Source: Patellaria atrata CBS 101060 (Eukaryota). Taken from it: a DNA stretch of 64,000 nucleotides. A program made the position numbers and the translations under genes. Under the pieces are notes generated by a model. It ran no database searches and had not been told where the DNA came from. It saw only the letters and a program-made list of their open reading frames with translations. The stretch lies in NCBI GenBank assembly GCA_010093705.1, contig MU006101.1:347614-411613 (forward strand), written 5' to 3'. This document shows positions 1 through 11,168 of the stretch, in pieces (position 1 is the first letter of the stretch; each line of letters begins with the position of its first letter).

Positions 1-51
1 GGGGGGGGAGGGGTGGGAGTTTGCGGGTTTCTGGGAGGGATAGAGACATAC

Positions 52-460
52 TTTGCCGACACATGGGACACTTGTCTTGACTTGCTTCTTGCTGGAGCCA
101 GGCATCTATGCAGTGCTGTGGGTTATTAGTTTGGGTATATACACGCGAGACTGGAGACTATGGGGGTTAGGTTGGATTGGATATGGAAGTTTTTGGGACG
201 CTTACGAGGTGGAAGGAGTGGTTGCATTCGCCCATTACTGTGAGAGATTAGAGGGTTGTATAGCACAAGTATACGATAGAGGGTGAAGATGGGAGGATAT
301 GGAGCGGAGGATACGCACACAAAGGACACTCGTCACCGGGGAACTTGCACTTCGAACAGGTGCTGTCGTAGGGGTTGCGACAGATGCCGCAGACATCGTC
401 TTCGGGCATGTCCCAGCGCCAGGCGGCGACGGCGTTCCATTGTTTGATTATTACTTTCAT
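52..460 (-). CDS. APC11: Anaphase-promoting complex subunit 11 (RING-H2); last exon lies outside the window
   Basis: Spliced exons 460-319, 237-206, 115-52 give MKVIIKQWNAVAAWRWDMPEDDVCGICRNPYDSTCSKCKFPGDECPLLMGECNHSFHLHCIDAWLQQEASQDKCPMCRQ; donors GTGCGT/GTAAGC/GTATGT and CAG acceptors. Confidence 0.95.
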
Positions 461-921
461 CGTTTGGAGTTGTTTGGGGGTTGTTTGGGGGTTGTTTGGA
501 GTTGTTTGGTGTTTAGAGGGGCGAGTCAGGGGATGGTGGATTAGTTCTGGAGGTGAAGAGCTTGTCAAAGCTTGGGGTGACTTCAATCTTTATACGTCGT
601 TCTACCTACCTTATAAAGGGTATAATATATTTTCACTGTTTTTGTACTGTGCTAGGTGTACCTTAATGTCTACCTTATCTGTTTGTGAGTCAAGGTCGTT
701 GGTGATACGTAAGGTAGGGCAAACATCAAAAGCAAGGGGAAGCCGCAGATCATAACATCATAGGTCTACCTTATCAATCTGAATCTATACATATAAACTC
801 TTAATTCTACATTTCCTCTCCAATACCCGAACTGCTGTCACTCCTTTACAACCCTCTGCTAAGATTTGGACTAATCAAACTTTCACACAACCGGCCTCCA
901 AGACCCCTTACCGATAAAACA

Positions 922-1991
922 ATGCTACTCACAACCCTCCGCACAGCTCCCACCACCATCCTCCGCACAACTCACCCCTTCCTCTCCACCTCCACCCGCA
1001 AAATGTCCACCTTCCAGCTAACGTCCTACCTCGTGACGCCGGCCGACCTCTCCGCCGCCCTCTCCAAAAATGTCCTGACAAAACTCTCCACCGCACCGCG
1101 CGTAATCCCCCTCTGCGCCTCCTGGTTCCTCCCCAACGACACGCGCGACGGCCTCAGCACCTTCAAAGCCAGCCGGATCCCGCACGCGCGCTTCTTCGAC
1201 CTCGACGCCGTCAAAGATCCCGCGAGCCCTTATCCGCACATGCTCCCCTCCGCCGCCGACTTCGCCGCCGCGATGGGGAAACTAGGCATCAGGAAGGATG
1301 ACTCGGTCGTCGTGTATGATTCGAGGGAATTGGGGATTTTTAGCGCGCCGAGGGTGGGATGGACGTTGAGGGCGTTTGGACATACGAATGTGCATGTGCT
1401 TAATAATTTTAGGCGCTGGTGTGAGGAGGGGTATCCGCTGGAGGAGGGGGAGCCGGGGGAGGTCGAGAGCGTGGAGTATCCGGTACCGGAGGAGGGTTTG
1501 GTGAGAGATAGGGTGGTCGCATTTGAGGAGTTGAGGGAAGTAGTCCTGGAACAAAATAAGGAGGGTGCGGAAAGGGTGCAGGTGCTTGATGCGAGGAGCA
1601 GGGGCCGTTGGGAGGGGAGTGAGCCGGAGCCTAGACCTAGTATAGTATCCCAGTTGTGAAGACTGATGTTATGATTGCTGACTTGGGTGAAGGTCTGCCG
1701 TCTGGTCATATCCCTGGCTCGATATCTGTTCCTGTGCCGGAACTTCTGGATCCGAAGACTAAGGCATTCATGCCGGCAGAGGAGCTCAGGGCTCTCTTTC
1801 AGAAGAAAGGTGTCGATACTAGCACGCCAATCATCTGCAGTTGCGGTACGGGCGTCACGGCTGCTGTGATTGATGCTGCGTTGACTGAGGCGGGCTTTGG
1901 TGAGGAGAACCGGAGGTTGTATGATGGTAGTTGGACGGAATGGGCACAGCGTGTTAAGCCCTCTGATAATCTCATCAAGAAGGTTGGATAG
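922..1991 (+). CDS. TUM1: Tandem-rhodanese 3-mercaptopyruvate/thiosulfate sulfurtransferase, probable mitochondrial presequence
   Basis: RIPHARFFDLD, PYPHMLP, VLDARSRGRW, SGHIPGS, active-site CGTGVTA, LYDGSWTEW; intron 1640-1692 joins ORFs 922..1659 and 1656..1991. Confidence 0.93.
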
Positions 1992-2460
1992 GTGCATAGT
2001 CGAACTGTTGACCTTTCTTAGTTATATTGGCGTATGGTTCAAAAGTTATATTGTTTGCCGCCACAGCGGTGCTATGGTTCTGCTGCTCCGACTGCTGGCC
2101 ATATGTCCTGGAGTTCATGGCTAAACCTGTTCATTTCGGTGTTAGTATGGTGTATCATGGCGAGATACCCAGTCATTATCGAGGTTCTGTTTCCCACGGT
2201 CGATCGCGGGTGTACTTTAGGGACGTTTATTATAGCTTACTTGGAGCAGGTGATGCCAGAGGATTACCTCTTTCGCGAGTTTGTTTCATCTTGAGTTTCT
2301 TCGTTTAGAGACTTTCGTCTCAATCCTTATCATGTAGCCAACAAATGTAAACCCTTCTCGTCTTAAGAGTCATTTTCCGAAGCCATTTCATTTGAAGCTT
2401 TCTTGTCTAATCCCTTCTACACTTCCATAACGTCGAATCTCTCGCCATGTCAGTTTGTCG

Positions 2461-2496
2461 TTACTCCCACGTGTATCATTACTCCCACGTGTATCA
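2461..2496. repeat. Exact 18-bp tandem duplication TTACTCCCACGTGTATCA x2
   Basis: Direct reading; a degenerate partial third copy follows; each copy contains CACGTG. Confidence 0.9.
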
Positions 2497-2753
2497 GTAC
2501 TCTTCACTCTCCATCATCATCAACACCAACTTCTTCAAACACCGATTCTGTAAATCGTTCGGAATCCCGCACCTTTTCTACCTCGCGTCGGATTTTACCT
2601 GGTAACCAAGTCAGTAAGTTCGCGTATTTTGTTACTGCGCCAGAGATAACGTAAAGGTTCTCATGGTCCAATTCCTGTGAACGAAGTTTTGGATTCCCTT
2701 TAGACCAGACCCCAGTTAAACTTTACTGTGTGGTATCCTGGTAAAAGCACTGT

Positions 2754-2828
2754 GTGGCACTGGGGGCTTAATGTGGCACTAGGGATTCATGTGGTACTGG
2801 GGGCTAAACGTGGCACTGGGGGTAAATT
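2754..2828. repeat. Degenerate 18-19-bp minisatellite, 4 units, consensus GTGGCACTGGGGGCTAAAT
   Basis: Units start at 2754, 2773, 2791, 2810. Confidence 0.85.
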
Positions 2829-3366
2829 TTTTCTTCTTTTTTCTCTTACCCAAGGGAGTAAGTAGTCTCTACCGGTGTCTGTGTCTTCTTTTGTTAGAGT
2901 TGATCCTTTTTGAGGTTATGCGATGGTTGTCCGTCATTGATTGGTATCATATCTTTTTGGCTTTTGTGTAGAGAAAGTTATTACCATGTTGCGAAGGGAT
3001 TTTCAGCACATATTGGTTCTCCCAGGCTCTTATAAGGTAAACACTTATGAGAAGGAAAATATCTGGTTTATTTTTCTCTTCTTGGTGCGATACTTCCGCT
3101 GTTTCCTTTCATACTTTGTTCCTGTTTTGTGTCATCTTAGAGTTATCAACTTCAACATATGCTCATTTAGGTCATTCATTTCTATTTGCTATTCTACAGA
3201 AGTAAGTACCAATAAGAGACAGACAACCTCCATAACTACTGTCTTCCACGTAATTGATCTATTATTCACGCATTACTGAAGGAACACGAATTACTAACCC
3301 GTTTTAGCATTATACTCCAATCTCCCCATCAATTTCAATAAACCCCATCTTCCGTCTTCCAAACCA

Positions 3367-4005
3367 TCAATCATACGGTTCATACCAATTCGACCGTACA
3401 TCCTGTACAACAGGAGCTCTCGCGAATCTCCTTCGCTGGAAAAGCTCCCCATTCTCATCTCGTACCCACATCAACTCATAGTTGAAACTATCATCCCCTT
3501 CCGACCACTGCTTGTGAACTTCCTCTTCTTCCTCGTTTCGGTTTCGTCGTCTCATATACACCATAAAGTCCGCCGGCGCCCAGAAGACCCGAAGAGCGGC
3601 ACGACGCAGCATCTTCCGGTTGGCAACACGAACGAGCGCTCTCCCCATCCCGCGGAGACGCACCCATGTCCAGCGGAATAGGTGAGTTTTCAGCTTCGCG
3701 AGTTGAAGAGCCAGGATGTAACCTATGACCGAGAAGAGGGCTAAGGTGAAGAAACCGCAAAGTACGAAGATGAGTATGATGACGATATTAAAGAAGATCG
3801 ATAAGACATCGAATGGGAAACCTATCCATGATAACAGGGTCTTCCATGTGTATAGGATATACTCGGCTAGGCAGTCTAGGGGACCGATGCAGATTATGGA
3901 AGAGAGGGTTTGGATGTATGAATTGATGGAGAGGTAGATGAGGAGGATGAAGGTTACGGTTAGGATTATTGCTGCGAGAGCTAGACGCTGGTCGTCGTGG
4001 TCCAT
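3367..4005 (-). CDS. Orphan membrane protein A (~212 aa, 2-3 TM segments, basic then acidic tail)
   Basis: ORF from MDHDDQ; hydrophobic LALAAIILTVTFILLIYL and ILIFVLCGFFTLALFSVIGYILAL; TATA-like box upstream. Confidence 0.6.
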   Translation of the reverse strand: MDHDDQRLALAAIILTVTFILLIYLSINSYIQTLSSIICIGPLDCLAEYILYTWKTLLSWIGFPFDVLSIFFNIVIILIFVLCGFFTLALFSVIGYILALQLAKLKTHLFRWTWVRLRGMGRALVRVANRKMLRRAALRVFWAPADFMVYMRRRNRNEEEEEVHKQWSEGDDSFNYELMWVRDENGELFQRRRFARAPVVQDVRSNWYEPYD

Positions 4006-4254
4006 GATGGTATGGTTGTTGGGTTTAAGGGGATTGTTAGTTGAGCCTGCTTTTTTAGTATTGGGCTTTGTGCTGGTGAGGGATGAGGAAAGAAGGAGAG
4101 AGGAGGGAGATTTATTGGCACTTGCCAGTACATTAGGGAGTTGTGAGGACACCGAGATCCGATGTTGTGCATTGTTTATGTACTTCAAGTTTCGTCTTCC
4201 CATATTTTGGTAAGTGGTCTCTTGTTCGTATCTACAATGTTGTTAATGATGGTG

Positions 4255-4261
4255 TTTATAG
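4255..4261 (-). promoter_or_regulatory. TATA-like box (CTATAAA) of orphan A
   Basis: 250 nt upstream of ATG 4005. Confidence 0.4.
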
Positions 4262-4751
4262 GTAAAAGACTGAGTGTGTATAGGTCAATCCTGTCAATCA
4301 CAAGTTTTATGGGACAGGTTACATTTATGGGATATACTTTCATGGCATCGGTATTCTACTTGAATAATTATACTGAATGAGAATGGACGCAGGAGAAACG
4401 CGAAATTATCCAATCTATGGAATGTTAACCTAGATATTAAAGACTCATTCTCCTAAGCTAACCTGGTCATATATCAGACTCCTTCAGAAATCTATTAAGG
4501 CCCCTAGTTCAAATTCCCGATCATTTCTCACACGGTTAATATACATATGATCACTTTCCCTCGGCGTCACATTTCTCATACAAATCTATCTTCTCCAATA
4601 CACATTCCTCAGCCGTGTATGCTTCTATTTCATTAGTTCCGTCTTGAATTCACATTTAGTCTACCGTCCTGAGCCGCTCTACCGGTTTACACCTAAGATA
4701 TTTCTCATCAGTCCTCCCCCACATCCATCCCTCATCCTTCATATCCATCCC

Positions 4752-5675
4752 TCATATCCACCCCTCATATCTATCCCTTACCCTCACCCCCTCCCTCCCC
4801 ATCAGACTCGGACCCCCCCAACCCCTTCAACCCACGCACATCCTCCGCACGCCTAAGCAACGCCGCCACACAAGCGATCCTCCTCGCCGTCACCGTCACC
4901 GCTACCGGCCGGTTCCCCCGAATTCCCCCACGAGCAGCCGGCAGGAACGGGCCAATCTAAACCCCGCAGCTTCCGCGTTAGGGATCGTGCCGTCATTGTT
5001 GGATCCGTTCGGCAAAAATCGGGCAAATCTAAATCCCGGGGTGCCGTTGTCATTGAGTCCAAATGGCGCCCGGGCTCTAGGGGTGTTGTATATGCGATTC
5101 TGGCGCGGAGGTGAGAGCGGGAGAGGACCAGCGCTGTAGGATGGGAGTGGAGTTCGGGGAGTGTTGCCGGCTGCGGCGTAAGGCGGCGGCGGGTCATTCG
5201 GAGCGCCGCTGTAGCGCGGTGGGTGGTTTAACGCCGGTTCCGAGCTCTGGTACCCGGGTGGGATTTGGATGGGAGGCGGAATGTGGATGTGGCGTGTACG
5301 ACGGCGACCGCGGACTTCGGTGACTGTTATATCGCCTTCTCTGGAGATGGATAGTTGGGTCCATGTTGTTGGGCGTGGTGCCCAGGGGATGTGGGAGAGT
5401 GTGTGGGTGAGTTGGGTGCATAGGAAGATTGTTAACCGGCCGACTAGGTGGAAAAGACGGATGAGGAGGGTGATGTAGAAGAGAGTGGTTAGGTTCGCTT
5501 GTATGAGGTCGGATTTCAAGAGAGTGGTGATGGAGATTAAGGGGAGGGTAACTAGCTCGCAGAGGAATCCAAGGAATCTAATAGGAAGGAGGACGGCGCT
5601 GTGGACTGTTATAAGGGGTTCTCCAAGGAAGCACTCATGGTTGCGGTTCATGTGGTGGATGGGTGATGTTACCAT
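4752..5675 (-). CDS. Orphan membrane protein B with clustered PY motifs; apparent 1-nt deletion at ~4946 (as written the ORF stops at 4902)
   Basis: ORF from MVTSPIHH, two hydrophobic segments, PPGY/PPRY/PPPY/LPSY; the internal repeat GFRFARFLP / GFRLAR(F)LP is restored by one extra base. Confidence 0.55.
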
Positions 5676-5821
5676 ATCTAAATCCACTCGAGATTTTGCG
5701 GTGGTGATATGTCGTATCGCCGTTAGGATCGTTGCGAGTTTGTGTGTTTGAGTGAGGATTGAGCTTTTACGTTGATTTATTTTCGAAACTGTGGGTTTGG
5801 TGATCACAGTTCGAGTCCTCT

Positions 5822-5881
5822 TTTTATAGTCCTGACTCTAGGGGGAAAGGTGAATAGAAAACGTGAAGGAAGCTTTTATAG
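5822..5881 (-). promoter_or_regulatory. Two CTATAAAA boxes upstream of orphan B
   Basis: 5822-5829 and 5874-5881; flanks of the second resemble those of the orphan C box. Confidence 0.5.
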
Positions 5882-6416
5882 ACGAGAAAGGTTACTGTAC
5901 TATGTTTACATACTTCGATGTCACCGATCGTCTAACATGCGTATCAGGACTTGTGGACGTACTAAGGTTTTGTTCTCTGCTCGCTCACAGAGAGGTTAGG
6001 TTCTGCATTGTTTATGCACTTTCCAGTACTTGATCTTCAGAGATACCTTGGTAAGTAAACACTTCACTCGGCTGGTATGCAGTTCACTCTATACTTGTGT
6101 AACTAACTATGAGTATTCAGTTCTTAGTCTACGGTTCCGTCACTCCTCGGTCCTTAAAACCCCTATTCAACTATTCCTAGTAGCAACTTATTTGAAAAAC
6201 TAGTCCTCAGTCAAAACCCATCATATCACTACTCTCATGCCAAAATTCACATCTACTCTCATATCGATTCCTTTTCAAGATTTCAGGTTGAAGCATTTCT
6301 ATTCGCTATCCCTAGAGCTGTACAACTAGTTCAGTGGGTACAAGTTCCATGACTTCTGTTAATTTGTCTCGTCTCTCAATATCTACCAGTTTATTTACCT
6401 CCCGTCAACTCAACAC

Positions 6417-7371
6417 TCACTTCCTCGTCGTACGGCTTGTAGTACCCGTCGCAGGTTCCCCGGTCCTCACGCGTCCTCTGTCCAGAATCGCCCTCACCTC
6501 ACTCGGAATAGACCATAGGGTACCAAAGCGCCTAGGCTGCAAAGCCGTCCTCACCGCAGCTTGATATTCCCGCATCTGTTGATGGGATAGGGACCTCAGA
6601 TCGCGTGTGAATGGTTCTGCAAGTGGCAGTATCTTGGGTGAGGGTATGGGTAACCTACTAGCACGGGGTGTAGACCTCTGGCTAGTAATAGACGTATCGC
6701 TAGTAGAAGACTTCTCGCCCTCGCTGCTGTCAGAGCCTGTAGCAACGCTCGTCGATGTCGTCGGAGTGGGATCTAATTGCATAATATCGCCGGGGACGGG
6801 GATATCGTTAACAGGATTGTAGATATAACCAGATGGATGTGCCGGTTTTGAACTCAATAGCACAATGTCCCCAGGAACGGGTATATTGTCCACGGGATTA
6901 CTCTGCTACCGGAGAGTCATACTCCTCAACCACAGTCTCGAAGAAATTCTCCCATATCCCTTCGACACCCACTCGGATCCAAGAGTACACAGCCCTACTT
7001 ACAAGTTTTATGAGGTAAAATATCTCTACGATGAGCCCTATATATGCGAGCACGACTAAGTGTGAGCGCACGAAGTCCGATTCCAGCGCTTCGCAGAGGT
7101 TGTCGAGGAAGAGGGTCATCAGGTTGCAGGCGAAGCCGATGCAGAATACCACTACGCTGTGTATCGTGTGGAGGTTCCCTAAGAGGCGTGAACAGTCCTC
7201 TTCGACGCAGAGAGCGATCAGAGAGGCCATTTGTAAGCACATTTGAGTCCCGAACGAGGTGACATTGGATGGGATTGAGTCCATTCCACTCATGGTAGTG
7301 GGTTGCGGCTGCGGTACACTGCTTGCGGACGAGTAGCCTGCGAAGTTGGGGAGTTGAAAGTTACTCACCAT
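6417..7371 (-). CDS. Orphan membrane protein C; two abutting ORFs probably joined by intron 7002-6903 or by a +1 frameshift
   Basis: ORF 6898..7371 (hydrophobic) and ORF 6417..6893 (Ser/Pro-rich, NPVxxIPVPGDI x2); phase-0 GTAAGT donor and phase-0 TAGCAG acceptor. Confidence 0.55.
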
Positions 7372-7543
7372 CTTTGGGAGCGTTGTGGGTGGAGGTGGTT
7401 GAGTGTTGTGTGGAATTTTGAAGGGAGTGTTATTGGAAGGGTGGTGTTTGTACTTTGGACTGTGAGTTAAGTTGTGTTCACAGTTGAAGTCCGATTGGTA
7501 GAGAACTGTCTGGCGGATTGTGAAGATGAAGGATGAAGAAGCC

Positions 7544-7551
7544 TTTTATAG
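7544..7551 (-). promoter_or_regulatory. CTATAAAA box of orphan C
   Basis: 173 nt upstream of ATG 7371. Confidence 0.5.
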
Positions 7552-8121
7552 ATGGAGGAAATTATAGGTATGTGAGTTGTATTCGATCAGTGTATCATGT
7601 GTTGTTGGCGTATAGGGATAGGGATGGTATACTTTGTTCAAGTACTTTGCGATAATGTTTTGTATCATAATAATGACTATATCAGAGCTTGGTGATACTA
7701 GAATAATCTTCTTTGTTTACTCACTTCGATCCTTCCGTTTTGTAGAGTTCTATTTGCGAATTCCTACACGAGATTATCGGACAGTGAGGATTCACGAAAG
7801 CGGAATCTGACAGTCCACCATTGTGTGTACAGATCCTTTAGAATAGGGCCTAGAGATTTCAATATTGTCAAGATATTTGAGGTACTCTACCTATTTAGAA
7901 GGTCAGATAAGTATAATTGAACTTCCTTGAACTGTCCTCATAACTTTCATATATAGCACAAAAGGTATATCTCTGATAGCACTTTTGTTCAATATCATAC
8001 TCGCAGGCACTTATTACTCACAGCAGTTCATAACTTAATATTTGGTATCAATGGATACCAATTGATTATCATTCATCTATATCAGTTCTTCTACACTTTA
8101 CCTCTTACAGTAGACAACCCC

Positions 8122-8718
8122 TTAACGTCTCTTCTCCCACCGTGAACTACTCATCACTTCCTTTGGTACTGGTCCTAGGGTACTGTATGTAGGTGAACGG
8201 GGAGCAATCCATAAGTTTCTAGGAGTACTTGGTCCAAGAGATTGCGAAGTCGACAGACGCTCTAGGGGTAAACGGTGACGACGACTCTCCATCTCCTTCT
8301 TCATCTGTGCATATGATTTCTCGCGGTTGGCAACAAATTCATCATGTCGTGGATATTGTCGTCGAAAGAAGAGTTGCAACTCCGGATCAGGTTTAGGATC
8401 GTACTCCCTGATCCAGATTCCAAGGCCGGCTTCGGCGCCGGTAATTTCGGTTTCTTGAGATGGTTCAGGGGTAGTGGTTGGGTTACCTCGACATCGATAT
8501 ATGGCATTGATGACGCGGTTGACAAAGCGGCGGATGATCCTAAGAATGAGGATGATAATGGCCAGAGCCAAAACAGCCGATAGAATGATGTGGAACTTAT
8601 CAGATGCCAGAAGGCCGTAGAGGAGTTCGAGGACAGATGTAATAGTGTCGCAGACGAAGAAGACAACATAGATCACGCCTCTGATGTAGAGGTAAAATAT
8701 TTCTTTTAGTTGAAACAT
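8122..8718 (-). CDS. Orphan membrane protein D (198 aa)
   Basis: Intronless ORF, TM segment IILSAVLALAIIILIL followed by an RIIRR positive-inside patch; TATA-like box 167 nt upstream. Confidence 0.6.
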   Translation of the reverse strand: MFQLKEIFYLYIRGVIYVVFFVCDTITSVLELLYGLLASDKFHIILSAVLALAIIILILRIIRRFVNRVINAIYRCRGNPTTTPEPSQETEITGAEAGLGIWIREYDPKPDPELQLFFRRQYPRHDEFVANREKSYAQMKKEMESRRHRLPLERLSTSQSLGPSTPRNLWIAPRSPTYSTLGPVPKEVMSSSRWEKRR

Positions 8719-8810
8719 GATGGACCGATGGACCTTTTGACTTTCTACCTTAGTGTGTAGATTCGTCTTTCGTTGAAATGCTTTGTAATGCTATTTCAAC
8801 TGTAGGATAT

Positions 8811-8843
<33 letters not shown>
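8811..8843. repeat. (TTG)11 microsatellite in the putative 5' UTR of orphan D
   Basis: Direct reading. Confidence 0.95.
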
Positions 8844-8845
<2 letters not shown>

Positions 8846-8884
8846 CTTGAAAAAGAAAATTGGAGATAATAGTTAGAAAAAGTC

Positions 8885-8892
8885 TTTTATAG
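8885..8892 (-). promoter_or_regulatory. CTATAAAA box of orphan D
   Basis: 167 nt upstream of ATG 8718. Confidence 0.5.
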
Positions 8893-9616
8893 CTGTAATA
8901 TGGCCAAGGAAGTAAGTTGTGTTCATTCACAAAATGCGAGCTGTTGAGGTAATGGACGACTGATATGTATTGTTTGCACGCTTTGTTATTCTCGTACACC
9001 CACCCACTTCCCGGTCATGATTAGCCCTTTATACTCTTATAGAATAACAATCGGTGACTTATTGATCCTGATTGACCTCGGTGGTGTGTGCTATCAATCC
9101 CCACATTTAGTAGGTCCTGTTCCATACGCTTCAACTTCCCTATATATAGATATCAAAGGCCCAATTGAAAGTACGAGTACACGAGGGGGTGGATAATCCG
9201 AAGCATTTTATATAGGAAATAAGCAATATTATCTTATTTCCATAGAATTGGAGTCGGAGGTGCTTTAAGTGACATCTGTGCGTCCACTGGACGCTGGAGG
9301 GCTTAATTTTCACGAGATTCTTATGGCGTGTCTCAAACAATGGAAAATTAGTTGTTGTATGAGGAAGCAAAGAAGGACGAGTGATTGAGATGAGTAGTTC
9401 GTACGAACTTATAAGGTGGCAGTGCGGAGAATATAGGTAACTGTTAAGAGGAGAAGTTCTAAGTCTTCGCGGTAACGTTCAGAGCAACGGAAACATGCAG
9501 CACCATGTCTTACTAATCACATCACCACCCTGTAAGTTTAAATATTCATATTCTCACAATTTTCAAAAAGAATCATAAGTCGCATGTAAACAGTTTCTAT
9601 CATTTGTATTAACCCC

Positions 9617-10000
9617 TCATTCTCTGAAGACGAAACTCCAACTCTCTCTTCTCTTACTCTCTCCCTGAAAAGCGTTCAGGCACCGAACCACTCTACGAAA
9701 GCTGTTATGTCATTCACCAGACTCAAGACCCTCTGAATATACTCTTGAGAGCAAGAAAAAGAGCATTCAAAAGCACCACAGCTTAAACCTGAGCCGGAGC
9801 CTCTCTTCACGAAGTTTGCAAACTTGCATATGACTTATATAAACAAGCAGAGGACTTGCAATAGGATGAAGTTCATCACTTTAAGAAGGAGTATAGACGC
9901 GCTATTAGCTTTACAAGCGTCCACAATCATCTTCGCTAATTTCGGGGAATGAAGAAGTGACTGAGGTGTTGTTGGTGATGACGTTCAGTAGTTGGGCCAT
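9617..10000 (-). pseudogene. Pseudogene E, probable paralog of orphan F (10593..11003)
   Basis: ATG at 10000 with TATA-like box 148 nt upstream; extra C at 9944-9947 breaks FPK (intact in F); stops at 9835-9837 and 9676-9678; FVEWFGA..FRERV resembles VFEWLEA..LVERV. Confidence 0.5.
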
Positions 10001-10147
10001 TTTTAGGGTGTTGTTGGTAGTTGTTGTGTAGGTAGTGGTATGATTTGTTTTGTTTTGTTATGTTGAGGTGATGTTCCACGATGTGAATATATTCGTAGTG
10101 TAATAAGGTTTTGGATCTATGGTATAATTGTCGGCCCTAAGCACACG

Positions 10148-10155
10148 TTTTATAG
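10148..10155 (-). promoter_or_regulatory. CTATAAAA box of pseudogene E
   Basis: 148 nt upstream of ATG 10000. Confidence 0.45.
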
Positions 10156-10592
10156 GAGTGGAAGAGATATTGTACAATCAACTAGTTTGAGTATTGTCAG
10201 GTCATAATGTTCTCGATAGAAGCTTTGTTGAGCGTTAAGATGTGTTTGTTACCATACCAAAGACTACATTGTGCTCATCTCCTTTGTCCCGGTTCAAAAT
10301 ATCTTCATTCTTATATTGTACGGTTTGTGTACAGTGCTGTAAATTTAATGCATACTGTTCAAACTCCAAACTAGCTCCATAATTGAACGCGAAGAAATAA
10401 TATAGTTGGAAAGTAGATAAGGACAAACAGGTTCCTTCTTACTTTACCATTCAAGTCCTTCTTAACGCAAATTAAGTCTCACGATACACAGTTCATGCAT
10501 TCACATACCCAGCCAAAAGTTAGTTCAGTTTCCTTCATTCCATTCTACTTTCTACCCAGAATAGCATGATCTAGTGTTTCGTCTCAAGCCAC

Positions 10593-11003
10593 TCATTCCT
10601 TCTCTCCTTCTGGACTCCCATTCCTCAACGCCTTAACCCGTTCAACCAGCCCTCCCAAAGCGGCCTCAAGCCATTCAAACACTTCTATCACAATCGTTGC
10701 TAACAGCTCCCGCGCAACATATGTCTTCGCCAAACTAGCCATCAAGATAGAGATGAACACCATTGTATGTGCAATCGAATGTAGGGTCCTCGCACAATAA
10801 GCAAGAAACGTCAGTATCTTGTCCAAGAACCTCAATAGCAGTAGGAACAAGAGGGCAGAGGTGAGATTGCTCCCGTTTCCTATCTCAGCGATGGTCGTCA
10901 GGCCAAGATCAACTTTCGGAAAGACGGTGATAATCCAGGCCATGGCCATTGAAGAGATGTAGTTAGAAACGCGAGTGGAAGTGACTCGGAAGATGCTTGT
11001 CAT
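10593..11003 (-). CDS. Orphan membrane protein F (136 aa)
   Basis: Intronless hydrophobic ORF, CA-rich leader, TATA-like box 166 nt upstream. Confidence 0.6.
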   Translation of the reverse strand: MTSIFRVTSTRVSNYISSMAMAWIITVFPKVDLGLTTIAEIGNGSNLTSALLFLLLLRFLDKILTFLAYCARTLHSIAHTMVFISILMASLAKTYVARELLATIVIEVFEWLEAALGGLVERVKALRNGSPEGEKE

Positions 11004-11168
11004 GTTGTTTGCGTTTGGTTGTGGTTGGTTGAAGATGTTGGTTATTGTGAAGGGTTTGGAAGTTGTTGGTATCTTCAGTCGCCTTTGGAGGTTTGAATGT
11101 GAAGAGTGGTGTTTGAAGGTTGAGTGGTTGAGTTGTGAAGATTAGAGATCGGTTGAGGGCGAAGGATT

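Larger units (their letters stand above)
2100..3200 (-). pseudogene. Possible decayed gene relic; boundaries approximate
   Basis: Stop-interrupted, protein-like fragments on the minus strand (KIRREVEKVRDSERFTESVFEEVGVDDDGE; K-rich stretch followed by PPVP-type repeats) and an intron-like CTGAC...CAG acceptor near 2600-2613. Confidence 0.25.

Noticed and set aside
1230..1997. 255-aa antisense ORF over TUM1 (also 60707..61363, 50868..51389, 19022..19570)
   Set aside because: Shadow ORFs opposite well-supported genes, with no recognisable motifs
2754..2828. CRISPR-like array
   Set aside because: Eukaryotic context; short contiguous units with no unique spacers
8796..8999. PolyQ protein ORF
   Set aside because: The Q-run is just the (CAA)11 microsatellite in the leader of orphan D, and the ORF spans the TATA-like box
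6898..9837. Premature stops repaired by sexual-stage A-to-I editing
   Set aside because: The lesions are frameshifts and TAA/TGA stops rather than single in-frame TAG codons
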